Notes: generated by a model from the sequence alone, not told the origin. 64,000 bases of DNA from Octopus vulgaris (GCA_951406725.2 OX597817.1:34968001-35032000), one strand, 5' to 3'. Positions 27,277 to 40,400 are shown, numbered from the stretch's first letter. Made by a program: numbers and translations.

Positions 27277-27750
27277 GATGCAGGCATAGCCAAGTGGTTA
27301 AGAAGTGCATTTCCTAATTTTCAGAACATCTTGGCCAAGTGTCTTAACTGTAGCTTTAGGTCAACCCAAGCCTTGTGAGTGGAATTGGGTTCATGGAAAC
27401 TGTGTGGAAGCATGTCTAATAGATTGTACCTGCAATTCAAAGACCCAGCTCTTGTTAAGTAGTCATGTTGATTTAGCCTGATCATACACTGTCTGGAATA
27501 TTCAGCCACTCACATATCTTTGTAAGCAGCATGGAGTCGTTTTCCTGGTTTCTCTGGTGAATATATTTCTTTCTAGACCAGACATCTTCCATCGCAGGAT
27601 TATTCATTTTTACTAGCTGAATGGACTGGAGCAACGTGAAATGAAGTGTCTTTGCTCAAGAACACAATGCATTGCCCAATCCAGGGGTTGAAACCACAAT
27701 CTTATGATCATGGGTCCAGCACCCTAACCACTAAACCATGCATCTCCACC
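27277..27750. mobile_element. Two SINE remnants: CORE-like head (+, about 27277-27420) and tRNA-derived SINE (-, about 27590-27750)
   Basis: cttggccaagtgtctt...ccaagccttgtgagtgg. Reverse-complement head gcatggtttagtggttagggtg is related to the copy near 34135. Confidence 0.6.
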
Positions 27751-28269
27751 TACATATCAATTTAATGAATAGTTATTTCTCTTGATTGAACAATTGAATG
27801 CAGATTGTAGAAATTAACAAAGTTCTTGTCCTAATAAAAAGAAACATCTTTCCAGTGCAGTGTTAAACAGTCACAATTACTATGCTATCATCCATAATAG
27901 TAAACTGTGAAAGCCTGTATAGAAAAATTTAGATTATCAGTTGAAAGCCAAGTAATTGAAGATTTGATTGATTGAAATGCAATGTAAAAATATCAAAAAA
28001 AAAAAAGCTGCAAAAGTTGTTGATATTCTGGAAAATGTGATTTATGGGGGCTTTTCTTATTATTTCATCTTTATAGAGATTTAATATATTAACTCACCAA
28101 ATTTATCTGAAGGTTCTTTATAGGGACTAACATTTAAAACCAACTTCTTATTTAGAATGTTAAGCATATATTTTTTCCGAAATCTGTGAATATATAGTAT
28201 ACAGGATATACAGATGTGATTTTCTGCACAGACCTCCTATAATAAGGTATGGATAGAAAATATAGGTGT

Positions 28270-29032
28270 AATTTTTTCTTGTGCAAAAGAAGTACAAGGC
28301 AGGCATCATAATGGCAATTTTTCTGATTTTTATTCAACTCATATTGTGCCCATTTGCCAAGTGTTTTCAATGTTGTACAAATTTTAAGTAATCAATGTTC
28401 TGTTCTTCTGCAACTTGTTTTAAAATGGATTCTGTACAACAGTAGATGGCATTCTGTAGTGTAGCTAGACTGAGGTGAAGCTAGACTGAGGTGAAGCACC
28501 AAAATACTTTCTCAAAACAAGATGGTTATGGTCATTGTCTGGTTGTCAGTAAGTGATAGCATCTAGTATTATTCCTTGACCCTGTCACATCAAACAATAA
28601 AAGTATTACTAAAAAATCACCAAGAATTGGTCCAGCATTGGTAAATCAAAGAGTACCCATTCTTCTTTGTGACACTGTATTGCAATTTGTCTCATTAATC
28701 ACTCTGAAGAAGTTGCATGACCTGGGCTACAGAACTGCCGTATCTAGCTTTCTTCCCAGACTGTTCTTTCTGAGACTTTCCACTTATCAAATCATTTCGA
28801 TAAATGACTGCAAAAGGTCTGCAACAGTCCTGCAGCAGTTCAAAATGCCTTTGAAGAATTCATTAGCTTCTGGAGCCCAGAATTCTCTGTTACAAGAGTA
28901 AATAGACTTGTTTCTAGTTGACAAAAGTATGTAGATTGTAATTACTATTTTAATTAATAAAATTTATTCTGAGCTGAGATATAATGTTTTAAAGCTGTTA
29001 CTAAAAAACTGGGATTATTTTTGCACCAAATG
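28270..29032 (+). mobile_element. Decayed mariner transposon with an inverted internal segment
   Basis: Plus strand: VMVIVW, PALVNQRVPILLCD, LKKLHDLGY remnants and a terminus ttgcaccaa. Minus strand: LGKWAQYELNKNQKN (WVPHEL-like) at about 28290-28370. Confidence 0.7.
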
Positions 29033-32000
29033 ATAGCTCTTAATATTGTATTATTTTTATTTATCAAAGCTTATTTTGAAATCAAGCTTTCTGGAAATAA
29101 CTCATACTCTTTCACAGTAGCTAAGTTTTGGTGTATTAAGTTCAAGTTCTACCTTTTCAAAGAATACTATGGTCAACAAGCAAAAGAGAAAGCTTCTATG
29201 CTGTCATTAGATTTGCAAAAATTAGTTACCCAATCTCCTTCAGATCACATTATACGGTATTAAAAAAAGAAGGGCTCATGGCATAACATGTCTGATTTGT
29301 GGGTGAATTGAATAAGCTATATCCAGTATTAAAAACACAACTTGAGACCATATTTCAGTAATGACCTTCAGTAATTCATTGTTAATCATAGAAAGTTACC
29401 TGCAACTTTTCTTATCATGAAAGTTCTTGTCTCAATTGCAAACTATTTAGACCTAATGTTGAACAGTATGTTCATTGATAGATCCCTAGACAAATTCTTG
29501 GTTGACATTACAAGCAGTTGCCGAGGCTTCGTATTCCGATTTGAATTATAGCTATAAAATTTGCTCAAATTTTCCTTGTTTTCGTCTTTAATTGGACAGC
29601 CTAAAATAAACAAGAATAAACAATGGAAGCAAAATAATTAACATTAAGAATCTGCATTTTCAAAATGGTATATTAACATGAACATAGTTAAATAAAAGTT
29701 TATTCAAAAATAAGTATCAGTTTGAAATAACAGAATCTGCAATTATTTTTTTCCCCAACTTCATATTTGTCTTGCTGTAAATAATTATCTCTTTTTTTTT
29801 TTTTTTACATCTTCTTGATTATTATTATAATTTTTTGTTCAATGAAACATACCTTACGCAAGGAAGAGTGATGAAATCTAAAACAATGCTTCAGGAAGAG
29901 AAAATTAACTTTAATCTATATTTCAGCTTTAATAATCCTAATTATGAATTTAGCAATTTTTCCTTTGTTCAGTATTGAAATAACTTTGTTCATATTTCAA
30001 TATCAAAGCTTTAATTAAACTACTAGTATTTGCTATAATCAAATAAATTGCCTGAATACTTATATTTAATCTGATTGGAACTATGATTTTTCTGTAATGT
30101 AGCTGATGGTGATGATGATGATAACGATTTTTTAGATTTCAATTGTATATATAAGTTTAACTGTACTTACATTTATGTTCATCTCTACTTTTTACTTCCC
30201 CATTATATCTGTTCCACATTCCAAGGAAACTGTAATAGCAGAAAGAAAAAAAAAACAGTATACATAACATGGAAGTTGAGCAAAGGTACTTTATAGGGAA
30301 ACAACTGAGGATTTACATAGTTTGTTGCCCTCCTCCCCCACACTCAAAGATAAGGTCATGGCAAACATCAAAAACAATTTTAGTGAGGCATCCCTTGTTT
30401 TTATCAATAGATTCCAGATGCTTACATTTTTCTTTTCCATTCCTTCTTTTATTTTGTGGCATGCTACAACATATGGGAAGTTTGTGTGAGTATGAGAGGA
30501 TGTGGTTTTGTCATTGGAAATTTTGATATTAGCATATTGCTGCACTTTGTGCTTTTGACCTCTTAACTATGGTATGAGTGGAGCTTATTGTTAAGAAGCA
30601 GTTATCTTCCTTGTCCAAGGGATATGGTGAAGCTTGAACTTATCACCATATTGTCACTAAACCAACAACTTATGCAATTGTACATATAGAATATGTAGTT
30701 AATTCTCATATCGTATTCATTGGCATTATTTTACATCCCTTTTTTTATGCTAGCGTAAAAGAGTTCGTGACAGGAAGGGATGAATGGTTTTCCTGTCATC
30801 AATCCTTTTAATTGTTTCTCATGACCAAGTGTATTATCAGCTATACAATATAATATATATATATATAACACATATACACACATAATTATATATATAATGT
30901 TATAGGTGCAGCATGACTATATTCTTAAGAAGTTCACTTCCCAGTTACATGATTTTTGATTACACCACCTTGGGCAAGTGTTTGCTACTCTAGCTCTGGG
31001 TTGATCAAAACTTTGATTGGATTTGGTTGACAGAAATTGAAAAGAAGCACATCATGGGTGTGTGTGTGTGTGTGTGTGTGTTTGTTTATATCTATGCTTG
31101 TTTATAGGAGAATCACATTATTTCTGTGGTGTTGTTGGTACTTCTGTCAATAAATCATTTGCATACTTTGTGCCTTCAGAAGCATGTGAGATAAGAGATG
31201 CTTTACTTGAAAAACGATTAAGGGTTAGCACCAGGAAGGCCATCTGACTGTAAATCAATGCCTCAGTAACTAATGCCAGCATTAGTTACTGTGTGCTAGG
31301 AAACAGGTGAGGGTTGGTGACCAGAAGGGTATCCAGCATTAGAAAATCTGTCTTAACAAATTCATGTAGGTATAGCAAGATGAAAGGTAAATGAGGATAA
31401 TGATATGTAAAACAAGGCTAAGATCAGCTTGATACTATTATAGAAAATATTTGCCCAAGGTGTTTTGCAGTTGGATTGAACCTGGGACAACATGGTTAGG
31501 AAGCAAGCTTCTCAACTGCAGCCATTCCTGTGCTTAGCTATGCCTGATAAGTGGTGATAGTGGATTTACATCCTTCACTGGTGAGGATTCAGTTATTCAA
31601 TAACTGGGTTACTGGTAACTTGTAAGTGGCTGAGCATTTCACAAGTACTTGTACTCTTAATGTCATTTTCAGGCAGAATCAACATGCACAATGTGACAAG
31701 GTGTGTTCAAAGGATAAAGAGAAACATTACTTGGAAACAGGTGAGGTTTGACAGCAGGAAAGGCACCTGGCTTTAGAAAATCTTCCTCATTGGATTTCAT
31801 CTGTCCTATGCTAACAGAAAAGTGGACATTAAAATGATGATGAAGATGATGATATATACATGTATATAATTTTTAACATGCATATATATATTTGTTCAGT
31901 AATACCATATCAATATATTATCGTAGCATTGTTTTACAACCAGACGTGTCTGTGAAGATGGAAAACCAGTGGATTGTTTAACAGGAGAAATAACATCATC

Positions 32001-32709
32001 ATCATTGCTTGTAACTTGCAATTTTTGGAGAAGCATAAATGTAAACAAACACATGTACATACATATATATATACATGCACACACATGTAGTGTAATATAC
32101 AATATATTTTATCTTGTTTCTGTCTACCAAATCCACACACAGAACTTTGGCCAACCTGAGGCTATAGAAGATACTTGCCCAAGGTGCTGCACAGTGGGGC
32201 TGAACTTGAAACCATGTGGTTGAGAAGTCAATTTCTTAACCACACAGCTGTTATCTTCACAGGAAAATGTGTGACAGTTACTTTGACACGTTGAAATTTT
32301 GAAGTAACTGTTAAATGTTTACTTGTAAAAATCTAATAAATCTAATTGTCTTCTGAATGGTTTTGAATCATCCTTTAGTTAATGCTTGACTGTTTTCTGT
32401 GTCTGTATAATTATACATAGATACAAACATTAATATTTATATATGTATGTACTTACTTCATGCACAAGACAGTGCGAAGCAGAAATACTGAAATAAATTT
32501 TAATATTAGAAAAGCATTAGTTGAGATAAAGACTTAAACTCACTTCTCTTTGGCTAACGATGTGCATTAAGGTGTCTCCTGACATTTCTTTCTATTATTT
32601 GTTGATCACACTTCAGACAAGACATATCTCATCTCCTTCCCCAATTGATAGCATAGAATGGAGTGTCAGTTGATGTGTGTGAGTGTGTGTATATATATAT
32701 ATATTTTAT

Positions 32710-32905
32710 AGTAATGGTAAGACAACAAAAGAATGAAAGAGACCTCGATATTATGTAAATAGAGGAATTTATCTGTGATATAATAGCTATAGCATATTTT
32801 GATTGCCTCGATAAGAGATGCCGGTGCAGGTTTCTGCCCCGACATTTGAAACTCGGAGTTTTATTATGCCATCCGAATAATTGTCACATATTATATTACA
32901 GGTAT
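32710..32905. mobile_element. Penelope-like pseudo-LTR remnant with inverted halves, inside a TA microsatellite
   Basis: 32712-32775 is the reverse complement of 5704-5765; 32850-32900 matches the right arm of the 5616-5702 palindrome. Confidence 0.6.
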
Positions 32906-33258
32906 ATGTATATATATATATATATTGAGCTACCACCAAGATGGGCAGCTTAATTAGCTTATTTATGATTTAGAAATTTGTTGATGATATATATTATTTT
33001 GTGCACATCATAATATGAATCAGAAATTAGATAATTAGAAAGCCATTAGTCATGATAAAGAACTATGTTAGAATGTAAATGTATTTCTTTTATGCTTTAG
33101 ATGTGCAGAAAAAAGGAGAAAGAAATAGGTTATGTTTGCTCTGAGGAGTGATCAACAAATGACGAAATGCCTTGTCAAGAGACCCTTTTTTTCCATACAT
33201 TGAAAGCATAGAAAGAATATGCTTGCATTCATATATAGTTCTTGGCTTTCTATATAAA

Positions 33259-33290
<32 letters not shown>

Positions 33291-33629
33291 TTGTATCTTA
33301 ATATCCAACCTAATGTGGATGTCTTGTTGGAACACTGAATACTGTGTTATTAGCCTTGAGAGATCTTCTCATATAGACAGTTGGTATCTAAAAGCACAAA
33401 TGTAGATTGTAGATGAAAATTATGTGTCATGGGTGTCAGAACTCCCATATCATGTGATTTCATTCTACTGGAGATCATCAGTGGGAGGCATCCAGTCACC
33501 ACATGCCAGTCAAATCTCGCCGCTACAGTATATAGAAAACCAGCATATTTTCAGACACTGATATCACAAGGATGTATGGCATATAAAATATGTATATTAT
33601 GCATAAACTATATAGTATGTGTGTATGTG

Positions 33630-34120
33630 AGTTAGTTAGTTAGTTAGTTAATTTGGCTCAAAAGCAAATAGCAAGGCCATGTAGGGGGACATGGAGTTAA
33701 GTACAGGGTGGTGTTCATGTAAAGAGTTCAGGCCATTTGAGGTCCAGGGAGGCTTTGAACAAAGCGGTCGTCAGCATCTTCACCATCTCGTCTGGCAGCT
33801 TGTTCCACGGATCCGCAACCTGGACGGAGAAAGCTCCTCTCCTTCGATTGAGATGAAATCGTCGCAGGTAGAGCTTTTCGGAATGACCCCGCAGCCGACG
33901 CTCTGGAGCAGGAGTGAAGAACAGCTCTTTCGAGAGGTTACACTTTCCGCTTATGATGTTGTGGGCGAGAATGAGACCACCACGGCGGCGGCGTTTTTCA
34001 AGAGAATAAAGGTCGAGCGTCCTCAGCCTTTCTTCGTAGGACAAATTTTTGAGACCATGAACCATGCGGGTAGCCAGCTTCTGGACTCTTTCGAGATGCT
34101 GTATGTTTTTGAGGAGATAA
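33630..34120 (-). mobile_element. CR1-clade LINE 3-prime fragment with (AACT)n tail
   Basis: Encodes LSYEERLRTLDLYSLEKRRRRG...LRGHSEKL...WNKLP; tagt repeats mark the tail. Confidence 0.88.
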
Positions 34121-34573
34121 GGAGAAGAGGCTGAGTGTGCATGGCCTATTGGTTAGAGTGTTGCACTTGTGACTGTAATATTGTGGCTTTGAATCCTGGA
34201 CTGGGCAATGGGTTGTGTTCTTGGCAAAACACATCATGTTGCTCTGTGATCACTTTGACAGCTGACATATTGCACACTGTGTACCTGTACAATGTTGATT
34301 TTGATGTAGGGAATGAGCCTATGTAGTGCAGCACAAACATCTGGTCATTGTAAACAAATTGTCCGTGCTGGTTGTTCAGTGAGAAATTTTGTAACCCTCA
34401 TCTGTTGTTTACTATGAGAAGGTTCATAATATTGATATACATATACTTTATTCTTTTTATCGATTTTACTATGTCTTGCTGAAGCAGACTGACACAAACC
34501 ACTTTAGAGTCTGTTTTATCACATGTACATACATTTATGTGTGTGTGTCTAAATACACACACATGTGTATGTA

Positions 34574-34604
<31 letters not shown>

Positions 34605-36210
34605 GTGGCACAGTTGTGGTTGTATTGTTAGAAGGTTGCTTCCCAGCCATGTGGTCTCAGAAACAGTGACGATGATGATGTTTAGTCCCATTGTGTGGCA
34701 CCTCGAGCAAGTGTCTTCTATTGAAGCTTCAGGTTAACCAAAGGCTTATCTTTAGATTTGATAGGTAGAAACTGAAAGAAGCCCTTTATGGTGGGTAGGT
34801 TTCTCTCTCTCTCTCTCTCTCTGACTGAATAAGATAACAAATCCAAGGCTTTGAGGAGATTTCAGGACATTTATAATGAAATAGTCTTACAGCTGTTTCT
34901 GGGATATAATGGATATCCCTTCATCAGAGACGATATAAGGAAATATTTGAGTTCAAATTATTGTGGAAAAGATAAGGAATATAGAGGGAAATAAGAGAAT
35001 GAAAGTAGAATAGTTGCAGTGTATGTGTAGTATGTGTGTGTGCGTGCTTGATTGTACCCTTGTCTTGATTATAAACGAGCATCACTATCCTACAAGTGAT
35101 GTTTGTTTCCAGTCTTCCATGAAAACATGTCTGGCTGTGAGGAAATATTAACTGGCTTGGAAACCGGTGAGGGTTGCTGACAGGAGGGGCATTTTGCACT
35201 GGAAACTCTGTCTCAGCAAATTCCATCTGGCTCATATGAGCATGTAAAAGTGGACATTTGATAATGATGATATACAAATGTATGTATATAAACGTGTGTG
35301 TGTATACATACATACACAACTTTTTATATGTCTATACATGTATGTGTGTGTATGTGATCATCATCATTTAATGTCTGTTTTCCATACTGGCTTGGGTTGG
35401 ACAGTTTGACTGAAAACTGGTAAGCTGGGGAGCTGCACAAGGTTTCAATCTGATTTCGCCTGGTTTCTATGGCTGGATGCCCTTCCTAATGTCAACCATT
35501 CCAAGAGTGTAGTGGGTGCTTTTTACGTGTCAGTTATGAAACACCAGCATTGGCCACAACAACTATCATCCTGGTTTTAGTGTTCACTCATCTGTGCTTG
35601 TATGGATCAGCTGGAATTTATTGAGGCAGATTTTCTACAGTTGGATGCTCTTCCTGTCACCCACACTCACCGTTTTTTCCAAACAAGGTAATATTACTCC
35701 ATGGTCAGACGTGTTTTCACAATAAATCAGAAACAAAGAATACTGCTTGTAAAACAGCAATGGTTGTCTACAACTATTGTATGATTTCAAGATAAGGAGA
35801 CAAATATATACACATATATACTTGTATATATATGTATATATATACATACTACAGACTTCTTTCTGTTTCTGTCTATGAAATCCACTCTGAAGGCTTTAGT
35901 TAGCCCAGGGCTATAGTGGAAAACACTTAACCCTTTAGCATTCAGATTATTCTGTCAAATGTAATGCTTATTTGTTCACATAGATTTGAATTTATCATTC
36001 ATTATCTCATAGCTTTGCGATTTCAATGATGTGATTGTATAGTTTTAGAATGATATTGTAGGGTAGGTGTGAGAGGTTGGATCTGGTTGGTTTGAACAAA
36101 AGAGAGAATATTTGAACCAGATATGACTGGTAAAGTATTACAGTGTGTCACACAATGGAACTGAACTTAAAACTACTTGGTTTGAAATAGAAGTTTTTAA
36201 CCACAGTCAT
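34605..36210. mobile_element. Inverted pair of CORE-like SINEs (+ about 34605-35270; - about 35580-36210) with nested Penelope remnant, RTE tail (-, about 35357-35530) and piggyBac-type MITE (35931 to about 36135)
   Basis: The SINE motifs ggcacctcgagcaagtgtcttct and ggaaaccggtgagggttg..gacaggag have homologues on both strands. TTAA|CCCTTTAGCATT at 35927-35942. Confidence 0.7.
34884..34931 (-). ncRNA. Minimal type I hammerhead ribozyme motif (Penelope-associated type)
   Basis: Minus strand: gtct CTGATGA a gggatat-ccatt-atatccc a GAAA c agct GTA agac. Stem I 4 bp, stem II 7 bp, palindromic loop III, GUA triplet. Confidence 0.7.
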
Positions 36211-36227
36211 GTTTGTACCTTACAGCC

Positions 36228-36285
<58 letters not shown>

Positions 36286-36601
36286 TGTACATATAAGTGT
36301 ATACAAATATATTTATATATACACTCATGTATGTGCGTGTGTGAGTGTATATATACACACACACACACACACATATACACATACAAACTCACATAACACA
36401 TTCACACAAACATACTTATGTATATGCCCATATATGTAACATACAATATTTAGAGTACTTCTACAATATGTCCTATGTAGCGTGTGTGTGTGTGTATATA
36501 TATATAATCCATTTACTATGATTATAATATATACTATGTAGTATGTATGTATCATATAATGTGTATATAATAATTTAACATGCCTATAACATAAAGAATG
36601 G

Positions 36602-36652
<51 letters not shown>

Positions 36653-36827
36653 GTTCAATATGTATGTATATAATATTTAAATATGTGTGAGTGTGTGTGT
36701 GTGTATGTTTGTGTGTCCATATTTATGAAATAATACTTGAATTTTTTTCTCTTTTGTTACATTTTATTAATTTCATTTATTATTATTTTTTTCCCCTCGA
36801 CTCCTTTTAAAATGTGCTGACGACTAG

Positions 36828-36830
36828 AAG
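36828..36830 (+). CDS. BPTF: Candidate 3-nt cassette microexon (AAG) of BPTF; alternatively a recursive splice site
   Basis: Pyrimidine tract...aatgTGCtgacgacTAG|AAG|GTAATA, a 134-nt AG-free zone upstream, and TGCATG at 36916 and 36988. Frame-preserving. No transcript evidence available. Confidence 0.5.
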
Positions 36831-37199
36831 GTAATATACCATTCTTTGAGAATTTTGGCTCATTTGGAATGGTTTTGGATTTTTTAATAAAATTATTATT
36901 AGTTCCTTTTTGTGTTGCATGTTAAAAATATTCTAATTTCTAATTTGCCACCTGTAACATTTGATAAAATGTTGCTTTCATAATTGGTGCATGTGTTGGC
37001 CATTGTCTTTTGTTGTTGTTGTTGTTTCTTTGTGTACCTTTGTTGCAGTTTTTATTTACTTTCAAAGCTTTGAAATTATTCTGAACAACCTATTTAATTA
37101 GCATATAAATTAATCTACCAATTATATTATTATTATTATTTATTTATTTATTTTGGCCAAAATAGATTGGGCATGGATTAATCAGTTTTAGATATTGAG

Positions 37200-37460
37200 A
37201 ATAATAATAATAATAATAATTGTGTACAGTGCTCAGGTGCATTACAACTCATCTAAAGTGTATATATAATCAGGTGTAGTTTTGGCGGATTTCGGAAAGC
37301 ATGAGGGCCTTAAAGGATGCAGTGTCATGGCAGTCAACAACTGACGCAGGCAGTTTATTCCATGCTTCAGCAACTCTGAGCGTGAAAAAATGTTTCCGAA
37401 AGTCATGGGAGCTGTGTTGTTTTCTGACTTTGTAGGCATGTCCACGTGTGTTAGACACAT
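37200..37460 (-). mobile_element. CR1-clade LINE 3-prime fragment with (TTA)n tail
   Basis: Encodes SNTRGHAYKVRKQH...RKHFFTLRVAEAWNKLPASVV...ASFK. Confidence 0.85.
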
Positions 37461-40400
37461 GGAGATCTTATCAAATTTCTGTTCATTGGGATTGTATGCA
37501 TGGAGGGGTAGCAGTGATATAAACTAAAATAGGTAGATTGGTCATGTTAAAAAGAAAGGTATTAGGATATTAGATGATCTGAAATTTTTAGTATCACAAA
37601 ATAACACATCTGATGATGCATAAGACACTTTTTTCCAAAAGAAAATGTATCCAAAATATCACCCCAGATCCTGTTTGCAAAGTTGGGCCTTGCATAAGCT
37701 TCAGTGCATTAATAACTTCTTTTGCTTCAATATGCACTGCTGAAATTGGAGTGTGTCTAGTGTGCCCTTGCATATTTTATGTCATCAACTAATATAGAGG
37801 TTGTCAGTTTATGCAGTTAACCACTGAATAGATGAGCTTAAACTGAGTAATATATCATGAAATGATATATATTACAGAATACTAAGGAACTAGATAAGTA
37901 TTTGTGGGCTGGAGCTACTGGATATCATGAAATAGATTGGCATACTAAGAATCTGATGATCTAGAGTGATGGGGATTTGAAGAAATGATGTGGGTTTGAA
38001 TTATTGAGAGATAATGGAATATACGAGTTTGGAAACTGAGGTATAACAATAAATGGTCAGATCACTGTAGTGTTGCAAAATAATTGGTTAAGGGGTGTGA
38101 GAGTTAACAAAGAATAGAGGGCTAGAATCATATCTTTTCAATGTTTTTGATCTCATTTAGTATATAAGTCATTAATTAGGGAAAAGGTCAGTTAGAGCAA
38201 AATAGATTTTCTTCATAATGTTTTCCTCTCTCACTGTGGATAGCTTATGTATAACAAACCAGACCTTCTTGTATGATTTCTCATATGCCTATATAATACT
38301 CTGTAAGCATTCTTCTCCACATTCTCTCTCTATTTCTTTTGGTGGCAGCTTAATGTATATAATGCCTGGAATTTAAATCAACAATCCTTCATGCTTGCAA
38401 TAGTCTCTTCAGTATTTTCAGTAACTAAATTCTTTCACATACACACACATACACATAGCTGTATGTTTGATAACTAAAATATATTCATAGATCTAACTTC
38501 ATTCATTAATTTAGGCAGTTAATGCATTGCATATGCATGCATATCAACAGACCATATAAATGCATGCATAGATGCTGTCAGGAAAAAAGAACAAAATATA
38601 CCTTCACACCTGCATGGTGTCTATGTGTTTGTGTGTATATGTGTGTGTGTGATATGTCGTAGCCAATGTCTTCTATAGCTACTAACATTAATTTAGTAAT
38701 ATTATATGGATGATATGTATTCAAATTGATTCATCCATATAGGGTTAACAGATTTAACAATGGCTTTAAATTCACCTAATATGTTTGTTATTGTCATCTT
38801 AAAAATATTTTATTTTGGGAAGAGATTTATATTTATTTTTCTGTTTCATTTGTAATTTGATCATTTGTTTAAGCATCTTTTGATTTTGTAATTGTTTATG
38901 TAGGTTTGTGTATGTGTGTTTTGTAAAATGTGACAGTTTATTCATGAATGCGAATGCTATGGTAGGATTATGTTTGTGTGTTATGAAAAGTGACAATGTA
39001 TTTATGGAAGTATACATAACATTTGTATATTATTTTGTCTGCATTATGAAAAAAAAAACATTGACATAGTATATTTATGAATGAATAACTGTATTAGATA
39101 TGTTTATGTGAGTGTGTGCTTGCTGTGCTTACATGCTTCTGTAAAGTTCAGTTAGTATATAACTTCATTTACATTTATAAATGGTAAGTGTTCAGATATA
39201 TATCCACATGCATTTTAATTTATTTCTTATATTTAATGTTTATATATAATAAAATTATATATAAACATATACTATATTATACATAGTAAAATTATATATA
39301 GTTTAATGTTTATATATAGTAAAATTGTTATTAATATGACAAATGTTAATAAGTTAGCATTTAAATTAGTAATTTGTTTCAAGCAAATTACTAATTTTGT
39401 TTTCATACTTGTTAAAGTTTTATTTTTATCTTTTAAACTTAATAAGCTTAGATGAAAGTGATAGTAATAGTCTGTATGTGAGATGTGTGCAAGATAGTTT
39501 TGTATGTTAGATGGGATATGTGCTTGATAGTTTGGTTGTATTTTGTTTGACACCTCCATATGGCATGTTTGCTATGAAACATTTGTTTGTATGTGTATTC
39601 AGTAGGTTTCTATTGTATGTATGTTTCAAATTAGTATTGTGTCATGCAGATATATTCATCATCATTTATGTATTGTCATATCTATTTTGTAAAATTATGT
39701 GTTGTACCATTTTGTATGTTGTATCATGCAACGATGTTGTGTTGTGCAGTTGTGTATCATATGCATTTCATCCAGCTTCATTTCTCTAATTGTACAACTG
39801 TCTATCATCTAATTTATATTTATGTATGAGATAAGATAGATCTACCATGGTAGATTATGTCTTTTAGATTTTTATCAGATAAGATATGTTTATAATGTCT
39901 GGTATATTATATGATATATCTATTAGGTTGCCTGATTAACTTTTTAAGGTAAGTAATTTTGACAATAAGTATTGAAATTGAAGTATCTACATTACATATT
40001 TACTGTTATCTTTCTGTACAAAGATCATGAACATGTTTTATCATATGCTCAGACAGAAAAAAATTTCCACTAAAGGTGATCCAGTTGGTCTTATCTGTTT
40101 TAAAGGTGCAGTTTTGTCCTTAACTATAATTATGGATCCATATGTTCTCATCTACTAACAATCCTTTCATTGCTCTTAACATTTAAAGATTCATGCTCAT
40201 TGCTTATATGCTGTTATAACTGTATATCTTTTCCTTAACTATTGTTATGAAGCTTCTTCTCTTCTAATCTGTAAGGATCCATGATTAGTTCAGGACTGCT
40301 ACTAGGGAGTAGCATACATAACTTTTTGAAAGATTTTTGTTGGGTTTAAATTTGCATTTTGTTTATATATACCTTTAAGGAACTGTGGTTCTCATTGATA

